A stretch of DNA of 63,951 bases, the filler included, from an uncultured bacterium (lineage in GTDB: Bacteria; DAOPZR01): assembly GCA_964637655.1 (NCBI GenBank). It is 4 parts of 4 records of this genome, joined end to end, with 100 filler letters (N's around TTAATTAATTAA, not from the genome) between each part and the next. Parts side by side here need not be neighbours in the genome. Positions count along the whole stretch, not along the records: positions 17,915 to 35,324 come from CAZWUZ010000039.1; 3 more parts are not named here. One strand, given 5' to 3'. Position 1 is the first letter of the stretch. Each line of letters begins with the position of its first letter. A program made the position numbers and the translations under genes. Below the pieces are notes generated by a model. The model was not told the DNA's origin. It searched no databases and saw only the letters and a list, made by a program, of their open reading frames with translations. This document shows positions 20,160 through 30,110 of this stretch, piece by piece.

Positions 20160-20750
20160 TCAGCGGAAAGCCGCAGCCACTGCCGCACAGGTGCGGAGCG
20201 CCTGTTCCAGTCGCGCGGCATCGCGCAGCACCCGTACCTGGCTGAAGAGCACGCTGCCGCCGGTGATATGCACCGGCACTGGCGCTGCCAGCAGCGCTGC
20301 CCGCGCCGCCGCCGGCACGACGCTGTTCAGGTCGGCTTCCGGCGGCGCCAGAACCTCGTAGCGAGCGTCAAACGCCGCATCGCCCGTGGAGCGTGCCGGC
20401 CACTGCCGTGTGCCGCCGTACGTCTGTGCCCGGGCAAGCACCTGTGCCGCGCCTTCCCGCGGCAGTTTCGCCCGCACCCGCGTATAGCCGCGTGAACGCG
20501 AGCGCCCCGGCGCAGTGATTCCCGCCTGCATGGTAAAAACGTCAGCGTGCACCTCGCTGCCGTCGAGCCGTCCCTGCAGTTCGGGAAAGGTCTTCTGCGT
20601 GAACTGCAGTCCTGTCCGCTCCCCGACAGTCCGCCAGGCGGCAGTGTTGCGTTTGCTCCAGTGCAGCGCTACGACAATAAGCACCGCAAAGACCACCAGC
20701 GCCCCGAGCGCGCAGGCGCCCCCGATGATCACCCCGAGCGGCAGATCCAT
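20160..20750 (-). CDS. Hypothetical single-pass membrane protein
   Basis: N-terminal TM helix then W...A.R.GL; starts 3 bp after the upstream stop. Confidence 0.65.
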   Translation of the reverse strand: MDLPLGVIIGGACALGALVVFAVLIVVALHWSKRNTAAWRTVGERTGLQFTQKTFPELQGRLDGSEVHADVFTMQAGITAPGRSRSRGYTRVRAKLPREGAAQVLARAQTYGGTRQWPARSTGDAAFDARYEVLAPPEADLNSVVPAAARAALLAAPVPVHITGGSVLFSQVRVLRDAARLEQALRTCAAVAAAFR

Positions 20751-20753
20751 GCC

Positions 20754-22346
20754 CTACCAGCCCGGGTCGTCGCCGCCGAAGTTTTCCGTCACCCAGCCCG
20801 GATCATCACCCCCGAACCCGGGGATATTGGCCGGCAGGATCGGCAGCGAGATCATGCGCCCGGTAAAATACCATTTCCCGAGGTTAGTGTTGTTGACGTT
20901 GCGGTGGTCCTTGCGGAAATTGAAGTAGACGATGCGCCACTCATCGGTGCGCCATTCATTGACGATCTGCTGCGCTGCCGCGCACTGAAACTCATCCCAT
21001 TCCCGCAGCCAGAGCCGGCCTTCATACCAGCGCGTGTCACGCTTGCGGTGCATGTCGTAGTTGATGCGCAGTGCCCGGTACGGCCCGACCCCGTAAGCAC
21101 GCAGCAGCGTACGCGCCGTGGCGAGCAGGCCGGCATCGCTGCTCACCGCGTCCGGTAGGCGCACATCCTTCAGCGCGTCGGCATAGCGTGTGCGGATGAG
21201 CGCCCCAACCCCCTGCAGGTGAGCGAGATCCTCCCGCAACGCCGTGACGTCGGTATCCCCGGCGTATTCCGTGCGGTAGAGCAGGTAGTTTTCCGCCGCC
21301 GCGGTTGCCAGTTCGTTCAACTGCAGGTTGCGTTTCGCCCACCCCTCCATGAGCAGTCGCTCGTTTGTAATGTCCTCCGTTTTCAGGCGCGCCCCGTTGC
21401 GTACGATGAGCGGCCATTCGCGCACTGACTCTTCCACTTCCTGCGTGAAATTCCGCGGCAGGTAGCGCGTGAACCAGTTGGCATAACGCTGCAGTTCGGC
21501 ATCACGCTGGAAACGATCGGAGTTTTCGCGCACCTGCGCGAAGTATTCGCCGCCGCGCGCGATGATCTCGCGCATCGCGGTAATTTCGTCGAGCCACGCC
21601 CGCACCGCGTCCGGAGAGGGCAGGTTGGGCTGGCGCGGGTCGGCCGACGGTTCACCGGCCAGCCGCGCGGAGTAGGTCTCGGGGATCTCGCTGCGGAAGA
21701 GGGCAATCTGCTCGTCGATGTCGCCCAGTGCCCCCGTCTGCGCCGCCCCCGCCTCCGTCAGTTCCTGTACCCGCGCCCGGAACGCCGCCAGGTGCCGCTC
21801 CCGTTCACGGTACGTGTCGTTGTCGCGATGCTGCACCGCGTCGAGCGTCTCCTGCAGTTTGCGCTGGCGCTTATCGTACAGCGCGCGCGTCGCCTCGTCC
21901 TGGAGATCGCGCGCAGTCAGCGCGGCCAGTTCGGTCTGATAACTGCGGTATTCCCGGTCGAAGAAACGGAGCCGGCTTTCCTCCTGCGGGGTCAGTGCCT
22001 CTCCGGACGCCGGGGCCGGTTGCGCAGCCGGCGCTGCAACCGGTTCAGCAGCCGGGGCGGCCGCGCCCCTGGCCCGTACCTGCTCGACCAGCGCGGCATG
22101 GCGCTGCTGTTGCGCCCGCCAGGCATCACTCCCCTGCTCCGCCGAATTGTTCAGGTCGCTGATGACGTAGCGCAATTGACGCTGCAGTTTGTTCGCCGTG
22201 CCCGCATCACCCGGCGCCATTGCCGCCAGTGCGGCCTCCACCTGTGTCAGCCGCGACGCCGCCTGATCGAGGTAGGTGTCCGCTGCCGCCGGTGCTGCCA
22301 GCATCAGGCACAGCAGCCAGCCGCACAGCACCTTCAATGTCCGCAT
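20754..22346 (-). CDS. Hypothetical secreted, mostly helical protein
   Basis: RBS GAGGAGG, signal peptide AAPAAA-D, C-terminal duplicated FGGDDPGW. Confidence 0.7.
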   Translation of the reverse strand: MRTLKVLCGWLLCLMLAAPAAADTYLDQAASRLTQVEAALAAMAPGDAGTANKLQRQLRYVISDLNNSAEQGSDAWRAQQQRHAALVEQVRARGAAAPAAEPVAAPAAQPAPASGEALTPQEESRLRFFDREYRSYQTELAALTARDLQDEATRALYDKRQRKLQETLDAVQHRDNDTYRERERHLAAFRARVQELTEAGAAQTGALGDIDEQIALFRSEIPETYSARLAGEPSADPRQPNLPSPDAVRAWLDEITAMREIIARGGEYFAQVRENSDRFQRDAELQRYANWFTRYLPRNFTQEVEESVREWPLIVRNGARLKTEDITNERLLMEGWAKRNLQLNELATAAAENYLLYRTEYAGDTDVTALREDLAHLQGVGALIRTRYADALKDVRLPDAVSSDAGLLATARTLLRAYGVGPYRALRINYDMHRKRDTRWYEGRLWLREWDEFQCAAAQQIVNEWRTDEWRIVYFNFRKDHRNVNNTNLGKWYFTGRMISLPILPANIPGFGGDDPGWVTENFGGDDPGW

Positions 22347-22379
22347 GGTCAGTCCTCCTCTTTCCTGTCGTGCTGCCGT

Positions 22380-24470
22380 TCACTCGCCATCGTTGCCGCC
22401 GCCACTGTCACCGCCGCCCGGATCTTCCTGCGGGTCGTTCCCCGGGTCTTCCGTCGGCCCGGTCGGCGCCCCGGGGTCTTCTGTCGGCTGCGCGGTATCA
22501 CCACTACTGTTATCGCTGACGATGTGGGCGGCTTCGTGCCCGATGAGGCTCATTTCCTCCGGCGTGCCCCGGTTGAGCGCGACATTCCCCCCCGAGGTAT
22601 AGGCCTCGGCTCCCAAACTGGCCGACACCCGCGCGCCGGTACTGGTAACAATGCTGACGCCGGACAGGTTGGCGCCAAACTGCTGCTGCAGCGCGCCCCG
22701 CCAGTTTCGCCCGCCAAAGGTCGGTTCCGGTGCAGTACAGCGCACCATAGCTACAGTATGTGTCTCGAGGCTAACCTCGCAGAGTATCCATTTGTCACCC
22801 GGTTCAGCCCGCACCGTCACGTCCGCATCGAGCAGCGTGCCGTCGGCGCGGAACGCTTCGCAGGCAAGTCCCTCCGCGCGCGCCGCCATGCCGAGAAATG
22901 CCGCCGTGCCATCAGGCAGGTTGAAGGTGGTCAGCACCACGCCCCGTCCGGGTTCACCGGTCAGCAGCCGTTCAATGGTTTCCGCCTGCACCGGGCTCCC
23001 CGTCAGCACCAGCGGCAGCGACGAAGCGGGGTAGCGTGCGGTAAAGAGCAGCGGGCGTGTACCCGCTGCAAGCTGCCAGTCGCCGAAGTGCGGCGTTGCC
23101 CCGCTGAAGAATCCCGTAACATACCGCGTGCCGTCATCTCCCACGGCAAGGTCATCGCCGCGGTCGTTGCCGTCACCACCCCCCTGCGTCACGGACAGCA
23201 GCGTGCCGTCGGGTGCATACGCGGCAAGAAACATGTCCGCCTTACCGCCCGACACGCTCAGCGTCGTGGTCCCGAAGCGGGCTGTGCCGTACACCATGCC
23301 GGTAAGCGCTATGGTTCCGAACCGGTCGACCGCCACGGCCAGCCCCCGGTCGTCACCGGTGCCGCCGGCGCTCCGCACCCACTGCAGCCGGCAGTCCCGG
23401 TCATATTTCGCGAGGTAGACGTCGGCGTTATCGGTGCGGTCGCCGTCGTTGCGGGTCACCGCGAGTTCCCGGCTGCCGAACCGCGCCAGCCCCTGCCGCG
23501 CGCCCGACGCTTCCCCCTTGAATTCCCCGGCGATGATGATGTTCCCCTCGCCGTCCACCGCAATGTCCTCGACATCAGCAAAGGCGGCAACACGCTGCAC
23601 CGAGAGCACATCGCCGGCCGCGCTGTAGCGCGCGACAAATACCTCCTGGTCGGGCAGGGACTGCGAACCGAAATGCGTGGCCGTGGTGGTCAGCGTCTGC
23701 GTGCCGAAACGGTTGTTCCCGCGGGTATACCCCGTGACCAGGATGGTGCCGTCTGGTGACATCGCGATGCCGCGCGCCCATGGCCCCGTGGTGAAACTGC
23801 TGCCGCCGGTAATCTGCCGTACCCAGTCGAGTTCACCAGCCGCGGTGTAGCGGGCGAGAAACAGGTTTTTCGCCATCTGCTTATCGAGTCGTACCGGCCC
23901 GAAATCGGCATACTCCCGGAAATAGCCGAGAACATAGACGTTGTCATCTGCATCGACCGCCAGCCCCTCCGGGCCCATGGTCCCGCCATCACCCGCAGTG
24001 CGTACCCATTGCAGCATGCCGTCGCTGTCATACTTCGCGATGAACAGCGAGCGTCCCGGTGCCGCCGGCAGGTGCGTCTCCCCCAGCTGCATGCTCCCCT
24101 GATAGTACCCGGCGACATAGACACCGCTGCGCCCGGCAGCGATATGCAGCCCGGCATCACTGCCGCTCCCGCCCGCCTGCCGCACCCAGCGCAGGATGCC
24201 GTCAGGGGTATAGGAAACAACAATGATGTCGGAACGGGTATTGCCGCGTGCCGGCGCATCCGGTGCGACCGGCGTGAAACTGAGCTCGCCGGTGGACATG
24301 CCGGTGACATAGACCGTGCCCTGATGGTCAGTGGTAATACCGAACCCGTTGGCGCTGTAGCCCTGCACCTGCCGTACCCAGACCGGAGAAGTGGCTGCCG
24401 GCGCACTAACTGGAATGAGCACGAGCAGGAACACTATCGCAAACATCATGCTCAGCCCGTAGCGCATCAT
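22380..24470 (-). CDS. Secreted SBBP-like beta-propeller protein with a C-terminal DUF4157-like domain
   Basis: About 7 repeats of D.F.AKY..DG...WVR..GG...D....VAVD; then FGANLSGV.I...LGAEAYTSG.NV...LIGHEAAHIV. Confidence 0.75.
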   Translation of the reverse strand: MMRYGLSMMFAIVFLLVLIPVSAPAATSPVWVRQVQGYSANGFGITTDHQGTVYVTGMSTGELSFTPVAPDAPARGNTRSDIIVVSYTPDGILRWVRQAGGSGSDAGLHIAAGRSGVYVAGYYQGSMQLGETHLPAAPGRSLFIAKYDSDGMLQWVRTAGDGGTMGPEGLAVDADDNVYVLGYFREYADFGPVRLDKQMAKNLFLARYTAAGELDWVRQITGGSSFTTGPWARGIAMSPDGTILVTGYTRGNNRFGTQTLTTTATHFGSQSLPDQEVFVARYSAAGDVLSVQRVAAFADVEDIAVDGEGNIIIAGEFKGEASGARQGLARFGSRELAVTRNDGDRTDNADVYLAKYDRDCRLQWVRSAGGTGDDRGLAVAVDRFGTIALTGMVYGTARFGTTTLSVSGGKADMFLAAYAPDGTLLSVTQGGGDGNDRGDDLAVGDDGTRYVTGFFSGATPHFGDWQLAAGTRPLLFTARYPASSLPLVLTGSPVQAETIERLLTGEPGRGVVLTTFNLPDGTAAFLGMAARAEGLACEAFRADGTLLDADVTVRAEPGDKWILCEVSLETHTVAMVRCTAPEPTFGGRNWRGALQQQFGANLSGVSIVTSTGARVSASLGAEAYTSGGNVALNRGTPEEMSLIGHEAAHIVSDNSSGDTAQPTEDPGAPTGPTEDPGNDPQEDPGGGDSGGGNDGE

Positions 24471-24532
24471 TACCCCCGAACGGATCCGATTTCGCTGTGC
24501 AGCGACGGCACTGGCAGGCAGCCGTCACTATC

Positions 24533-24561
24533 ATCGTAGCAGCGAACATACGCGCCGTCAA
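24533..24561 (-). promoter_or_regulatory. Sigma70-like promoter for the beta-propeller operon
   Basis: TTGACG-17 bp-TACGAT on the minus strand. Confidence 0.45.
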
Positions 24562-24586
24562 TGCCTATTCGCGTACTGTAACAAAA

Positions 24587-24615
24587 TTGACAAACACGGC
24601 TGACGGCGCTATGCT
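24587..24615 (+). promoter_or_regulatory. Sigma70-like promoter
   Basis: TTGACA-17 bp-TATGCT upstream of AAGGAG and ATG 24638. Confidence 0.55.
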
Positions 24616-24637
24616 TGCCGCCGGTAAGGAGCGTGCC

Positions 24638-25330
24638 ATGTTTGGTCCGGCATTCCGCAGCGAGGCAGTCGCCCCGCTCGCCTGCATCAGCGAGGGCTGG
24701 GCTATCATCCGCGAGCAGTACTGGCTCTTCGTGCTGATCACGGGTCTCGCCATCCTCATCGGCGGGGCCGTTCCCATCGTCCTCACGGGTCCCACCTACT
24801 GCGGCATCTTCCTCTGCTGCTTCGCACGGCAGCGCGGTGAGCGCGTATCACTCGAACTCTTCTTCCGCGGCTTCGATTACTTTGTCGAGTCGCTCATCGC
24901 CTCGCTCTGCATTATGGCCATCGCCATGGTCATCATGCTCCCCTTCTTCCTGCTGCTCTTTGCGGGAATGTTCGGGGCACAGTTCGCCGCCGCGCAGGCA
25001 GAGCAACCGGAAATCATGCTCTACGTGATGGCCGGAGTCCTGCTGCTCATGGTGCCGATGATGATTCTGGCTACGCTGACCTGGGTGCTGCTGCTGCTTG
25101 CCTACCCGCTCATCGTCGAGCACCGGCTCAAGGCGCTCGACGCGCTGCGGCTGGCGCTGGACGGCGCACTCGCCAATCTCGGGGGGCTCATTGTGCTCGA
25201 CCTGCTGCTGACCGCGCTGATGCTTGTTGCCGCCCTCTGCTGCTACCTGCCGATCTTCCTCGTCATGCCGCTCTATTTCGCCGCGCTCGCCGCCGCCTAC
25301 CGCCGCATCTTTCCCGCCCCCGCCGCCTGA
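24638..25330 (+). CDS. Integral membrane protein (DUF975-like)
   Basis: ISEGW...GP...G...LFFRGFDYF; about 5 TM segments. Confidence 0.7.
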   Translation: MFGPAFRSEAVAPLACISEGWAIIREQYWLFVLITGLAILIGGAVPIVLTGPTYCGIFLCCFARQRGERVSLELFFRGFDYFVESLIASLCIMAIAMVIMLPFFLLLFAGMFGAQFAAAQAEQPEIMLYVMAGVLLLMVPMMILATLTWVLLLLAYPLIVEHRLKALDALRLALDGALANLGGLIVLDLLLTALMLVAALCCYLPIFLVMPLYFAALAAAYRRIFPAPAA

Positions 25331-25346
25331 CCGGCCCGACTGGCGG

Positions 25347-27026
25347 TCAGTTCACGCAGGTGACTTCACCGTCGGGAACCTCGATAGTGAAATCCACGCC
25401 GAAGCCGCCACCACGGTTGTTGACCCGCAGCAGCAGTTCATTGTCGCCCGCCCGCAGTTCCAGTTCCTGCCGGCGGTTCGGGGCCGGCAGCCACTGCGTG
25501 GCGTTGTCCAGCCGCACCCGCTCGCTGTTGAGCAGCACAATGCATCCGTCATCGCTGGCGTAGCGTAGGATGGCCGTGCCGGATGCCGCTGCCCGCAGGC
25601 GCACCCGCACGTAGCACACACTGTTGGCCGGGTTGCCCAGCAGGCGGGCCAGATCGAACCGGCCGGTCCCCGCCACACGACGCCAGGTCACGTCCCCCTG
25701 CTCCGGCGGATAGGCGGCGGAAAAATCACCTGTTGCCGGGTAGACGGGCGACAGTTCCACCGCGGCAAGCGGCACGATGTGCGCCGGGCGCAGCGTGCAG
25801 GGATAGGTTTCCGGCTGCGCCTGCCGCCGCACCTCGGCAAACAGCGCGCTGTTGTATTCCTCCTGCGCCTCGCGCAGACGCTGGAATGCCGGCATGGCCT
25901 CCTGCCACGCTTCCGCTTCATTGCCGAATTTCCGCCAGGCCAGCTTCTGCATGGCAAAGATATGGCTGATGACCTGCTGCAGCGCTTTGGCCTGCACGCA
26001 CCAGGGTGCTTCATCGAGCAGCGCCAGGTCAGCCCCGTCAGCAAGCCGCGCGGCGGTGAATGCCGCCAGTTCACGCCCCGCCACGCTCAGCACCGCGCCG
26101 TGCGGAAAGGCAGCGGTATCGGCCTGCAGGCGGAAGCGGTTGCACTCCTCCTGCAAGGGCACGAGGTCGAGCAACTGCCGCGCTTCCGGCGGAACGTAAA
26201 AGGGGATCCCGGCCGGCAGCAGGGTGAACCGCACCGTGCCGTCATCCTGCGCTGACACCTCTGTCAGTCGCCCGGTTGCCGCGGTCGCTGTACGCGCCCC
26301 GACCGTTATGTCAGCCACTGCCGGCGGCACGGCCAGGCGCCGCATGATGGTATAGGCCAGCAGCAGGTGGCCGGGGACATCAGGATGCGTCCCGTCACTG
26401 ATCAGCGTGGCGCCCGGATAGGTTTCCTTGTACTGGCGCTGCCAGGCCCGCAGCGGGGTGAACACGTCGATCGCCGTCAGGCCGTCCTGCCCGGCAAACA
26501 CGGTCAGTTCCGCCGACAACCCTGCCAGTGTCTCGTTGTACACGTCCCCCTGCGGATGGATCGCGTAATCCACCGGCGAGGGCGTCAGCAGCACGGGCGT
26601 GGCCCCGTTGGCAATCACGCGACGCGTCAGCCGGCTGGCATGGCGCAGGTAGGCGTGGCGGCGGCGCGCGTCAGGCGGTTCGTAGCCGCCGTCATTCATG
26701 CCGAACGCGATAAAGACCAGGTCGGGGTCAAGCGGTTCGACATCGGCCGCGTAACGCCGGTCGCCGTCGCGGGCGGTGTCGCTGGTCAGCCCCCGGTTGT
26801 AGAAGCGGAATTCCCGGTCGGGAAAACGGCCCGCGATATAACTGGAAACCAGCAGCGGCCAGACATCGGCCTCGGTGATGCTGTCCCCGAAAAAGACGAT
26901 GGTCGGACAGCCGCTGGCCGGCACACGTTCGAAATCCAGCAGCCGCGCCCGCCCGTCATTGCGCACCAGCAGCAGGGTAAGCAGCAGCATGCCGCCCAGC
27001 GCATATCTGCCGTATCGTCGCCTCAT
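25347..27026 (-). CDS. SGNH/GDSL hydrolase with a C-terminal PA14-like beta domain
   Basis: FFGDSIT, NRG, FGMND and DGTHP blocks; C-terminal SDDG...LN. Confidence 0.88.
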   Translation of the reverse strand: MRRRYGRYALGGMLLLTLLLVRNDGRARLLDFERVPASGCPTIVFFGDSITEADVWPLLVSSYIAGRFPDREFRFYNRGLTSDTARDGDRRYAADVEPLDPDLVFIAFGMNDGGYEPPDARRRHAYLRHASRLTRRVIANGATPVLLTPSPVDYAIHPQGDVYNETLAGLSAELTVFAGQDGLTAIDVFTPLRAWQRQYKETYPGATLISDGTHPDVPGHLLLAYTIMRRLAVPPAVADITVGARTATAATGRLTEVSAQDDGTVRFTLLPAGIPFYVPPEARQLLDLVPLQEECNRFRLQADTAAFPHGAVLSVAGRELAAFTAARLADGADLALLDEAPWCVQAKALQQVISHIFAMQKLAWRKFGNEAEAWQEAMPAFQRLREAQEEYNSALFAEVRRQAQPETYPCTLRPAHIVPLAAVELSPVYPATGDFSAAYPPEQGDVTWRRVAGTGRFDLARLLGNPANSVCYVRVRLRAAASGTAILRYASDDGCIVLLNSERVRLDNATQWLPAPNRRQELELRAGDNELLLRVNNRGGGFGVDFTIEVPDGEVTCVN

Positions 27027-27119
27027 CGTTCTGACTCTTCCCGGAATGAACCGCCCTGCTGTACCATGTTCACCGCCACCTACCCGTTCGCCGCATCGTA
27101 GCACCCTGACCGATAGCGG

Positions 27120-27365
27120 TCAACGTGCCTTGCCCCTTACCCGCTTCTTCCTCCCCTGCCCCGTGCACGGCACAGCCAGCGTGGTGCAGGGCGAGTCCCT
27201 GACCAGCGTCGGCAGGATTTTTGACAGGACCCAGCCGTTCGTACGCAGGTAGCATTTGCCGTTCACTTCCATCCGCCATGGCCGGACCGGGTCGGCGCTC
27301 GGCACGAAGACCCTCACCATTTTTCCGCCGCGATATTGTTCGATGATGCATTCGCAGTTTTTCAT
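27120..27365 (-). CDS. Small basic hypothetical protein (81 aa)
   Basis: ATG 14 bp after the upstream stop; MKNCECIIEQYRGGKMVRVFVP...RTNGWVLSKILPTL. Confidence 0.5.
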   Translation of the reverse strand: MKNCECIIEQYRGGKMVRVFVPSADPVRPWRMEVNGKCYLRTNGWVLSKILPTLVRDSPCTTLAVPCTGQGRKKRVRGKAR

Positions 27366-27379
27366 TTTCTGATGACCTT

Positions 27380-28903
27380 TCACTTGCCAGGCCGCAGGCG
27401 CATGGAACGTGCCGGTGGCAGATGGCGGGTGCGCATTTCTGCCAGTGTGCCGTCCGTCTCCATCGTCGCCATGGCAGCCCGCCAGCGTTTCACGATAGCC
27501 GGTGGCGTGGCGTGCGAAAATGCCACGTCGACTGAAAACTCCTCCGGGTACGCGATAATTCCAGACCGTGAACGATACCCTGAGCTGGAAAGAGCGGCAT
27601 CGACCGTCATCTCGTCCAGCAGGTACAGGTCCGCTCCGGCGTACTTGAACAACTGGATGGCGCTCACCGCGCTGGTGCACGAGATCAGATTGACAAAGCC
27701 CTGCGACCGCAGCGCGTCAGCTGCATCGGAATGTGCCACCACGGCGATGCGCGGCTTCACTTTCAGGTCGTCGAGCGAATTGAAGCGCAGGCAGGATATT
27801 CGCGGCAGGCCCGGGTTGCGGTTCCAGCGGGGTGAATTGAGCGCCATGCCGTTATGGTACATCATATAGTCCCCGTACAACGCGTCGCGACTGCGTGCCA
27901 CGGTTCCCGCCCACTGATACTGCGTGTCACGCGCCGCCGTATGACGCAACCCCGCCAGCGCAACATACGGGTGGTGTTCTGCCAGTTCGCGCGCGTCCGC
28001 CCGCTCCAGCAGGGTAATGCTCGCTGCCATGCCCGTACGCCGCATCACCTCGCGCGCCGCTTCAGGATACAATCCATCGATGCCGTGTTCTGTCGCGTAT
28101 GCCAGCGGCGGGTCATGTTCGACGAGCAGCAGCACTTCGCCCGGTACCGGCTGCCCGGGATGATACGGTTCATACAGGGCGGCAAATGATCCCTCGCGCT
28201 GCAGCGCGACCAGTTCCGCCTGCCAGGCCGCCACTTCTGCATCAGGCGTTTCGCGCGGAAAGGCCAGGTAGCGCGGTTCCGTGACGATTGTGCCGGAAAC
28301 AACCACCTCGCCCCGCCCGAAACCGGCCTGCCGCAACTGTTCTGTCGCCGTCACCGCGTCAATGAGCAGCAGATCGATTTCTCCCGCTTGCAGTGCCTCC
28401 AGCGCCACGCGTTCACCGGCATAGTATCTGCCCGCACAATAGCCGCGTGCTGTCAGTAACTCACTGCCGCGCTCCCCGGCATACGCAATAAGATGCTTCT
28501 CCTTTTCGTACGGCAGCGCCGTGAGTGCAGGTGTCGAATCGGTACGCGCGGTCAGCAGATACGAGGTCAGGGCCACGGGACCGACCCAGCGGAACTGTGT
28601 CTCGTTCTCCGCTGTACGCACCATGGAGAGCATCACCGTCCGGGACTCCTCACCGGGGCCGGGTGCTGTTGCGCCGACCGAAACGTCGGCTATCCCCCCG
28701 CGGCGCCGGCAAAGTGTGCGCACCATATCGACGGTGCTTCCCTGCAATTGCGTGCCCGTCCGGTACTGCAGCGGATACTCCTCCGTTCCGGCAAACGTCA
28801 GAGCGGGCGCAGCGGGCACCGCCGCCGCCGTCAGTGCGCACCCGGCCAGCTGGATACCCAGCACACCTGCTGCCAGCAGGCGGCACAGGCATGTGCCGGT
28901 CAT
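27380..28903 (-). CDS. Tandem SBP_bac_3 (polar amino acid-type) substrate-binding protein
   Basis: Two repeats: TEEYPL/EHDPPL, RT..E..F.WVGP, DG..A.... Confidence 0.8.
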   Translation of the reverse strand: MTGTCLCRLLAAGVLGIQLAGCALTAAAVPAAPALTFAGTEEYPLQYRTGTQLQGSTVDMVRTLCRRRGGIADVSVGATAPGPGEESRTVMLSMVRTAENETQFRWVGPVALTSYLLTARTDSTPALTALPYEKEKHLIAYAGERGSELLTARGYCAGRYYAGERVALEALQAGEIDLLLIDAVTATEQLRQAGFGRGEVVVSGTIVTEPRYLAFPRETPDAEVAAWQAELVALQREGSFAALYEPYHPGQPVPGEVLLLVEHDPPLAYATEHGIDGLYPEAAREVMRRTGMAASITLLERADARELAEHHPYVALAGLRHTAARDTQYQWAGTVARSRDALYGDYMMYHNGMALNSPRWNRNPGLPRISCLRFNSLDDLKVKPRIAVVAHSDAADALRSQGFVNLISCTSAVSAIQLFKYAGADLYLLDEMTVDAALSSSGYRSRSGIIAYPEEFSVDVAFSHATPPAIVKRWRAAMATMETDGTLAEMRTRHLPPARSMRLRPGK

Positions 28904-30108
28904 GCGCTGCGTACCTGGCGCTGCCAGTCGGCCATGCGGCGCGCGAGGATGCGCTGTTTCTCCCAGTCACCCTGCACATTGCCGCCCTTGGCTAGGCGGC
29001 GCAGCTCATCGAGGAACGGCAGTTCCGGCTCCACCGGATACTCCCCCATCCACGGGGTGCCCGGCAGCGGCAGGAAATAGTGCCCCTGCACGCGCATCTT
29101 CGTCTTCGGCTGCAGGCGGTGAATCTGTTCGAGCATCGCCTGCCGGTCCTCCGGGGTCTCCCCCGGCATGCCGAACACATAGTCGACGATGGGAATGAAG
29201 CCTGCCTCGGCGAGACGGCAGGCGGCCTCCTCGACCGCCGCCGCGGTATGCCCACGGTTGGCGCGCTGCAGCAACCCGTCAGTCGCCGCCTGCGCCCCGA
29301 TGGAGACCGTATTGTTCGAACACTCTTCGCGCATCAGTGCCACCGCCTCCGCCGTCACGTACTCGGGGCGCAGTTCGCCCGGGTAGGCACCGAAGATGAT
29401 GTCCTTGATATTCGCCCCTCGGCAGACGGCAAAGAGTTCGCGGATGGCGTCGAGGTTCGGCTGCGTGCCCTTCGCATGGAAGCCGAGCGCGTTGGGGCTC
29501 AGCGCGGTAAAACGCCGGCGCCCGAGATCGACCTGCTCCGCCAGCCATGGGGCAAGCGCGGCCGGGGTGCGGTGACGCGGCGGATGCGCAAAGAGGTGCG
29601 GCGTCTGGCAGTAGTTGCACTGGTAGGCGCAGCCGCGGGTGATTTCTGTCGGGGCGAACCACTCCCCCGTACGCGCCAGCGGCGGCACCTCGTCGAGCAC
29701 CACTGGATGGTCCGGCACAACAATGCGCGGCCAGTCGCGCTTCCCGCCGAGGACATATTCCTCCCAGAATGCGGGAAAGGTCAGTTCGCACTCACCGACG
29801 AAGACGGTGTCGGCGCCCGCGGCGAGCACCGTTTCCGGCAGCGCGCTCGGGTGCGGACCACCGGCGATGATGCGCGCGTCAGGCCGCGTCTTCCGCAACG
29901 CGGCAATTTCGTCACGCGTCTCCTCCCACATCGTGCTCATGAACGAATACATGACGAGCGGCTGTTCGGACATGCCGACCGCAACAATGAGTTGCTTGTA
30001 GGAGCGCGCGATATGCCACGGGTGCGGCTCGGGGAGATGCTCGAGCACGGCCATCAGGCGGTGCAGGGTGAAGCGGTTGAACTCGTTGCAACGCATAATG
30101 ACGTCCAT
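28900..30108 (-). CDS. B12-binding radical SAM protein (TIGR04013-like)
   Basis: YSFMS, AGGPHPS, EITRGCAYQCNYCQTP...RHR, ELRPE. Confidence 0.85.
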   Translation of the reverse strand: MDVIMRCNEFNRFTLHRLMAVLEHLPEPHPWHIARSYKQLIVAVGMSEQPLVMYSFMSTMWEETRDEIAALRKTRPDARIIAGGPHPSALPETVLAAGADTVFVGECELTFPAFWEEYVLGGKRDWPRIVVPDHPVVLDEVPPLARTGEWFAPTEITRGCAYQCNYCQTPHLFAHPPRHRTPAALAPWLAEQVDLGRRRFTALSPNALGFHAKGTQPNLDAIRELFAVCRGANIKDIIFGAYPGELRPEYVTAEAVALMREECSNNTVSIGAQAATDGLLQRANRGHTAAAVEEAACRLAEAGFIPIVDYVFGMPGETPEDRQAMLEQIHRLQPKTKMRVQGHYFLPLPGTPWMGEYPVEPELPFLDELRRLAKGGNVQGDWEKQRILARRMADWQRQVRSA

Positions 30109-30110
30109 CG

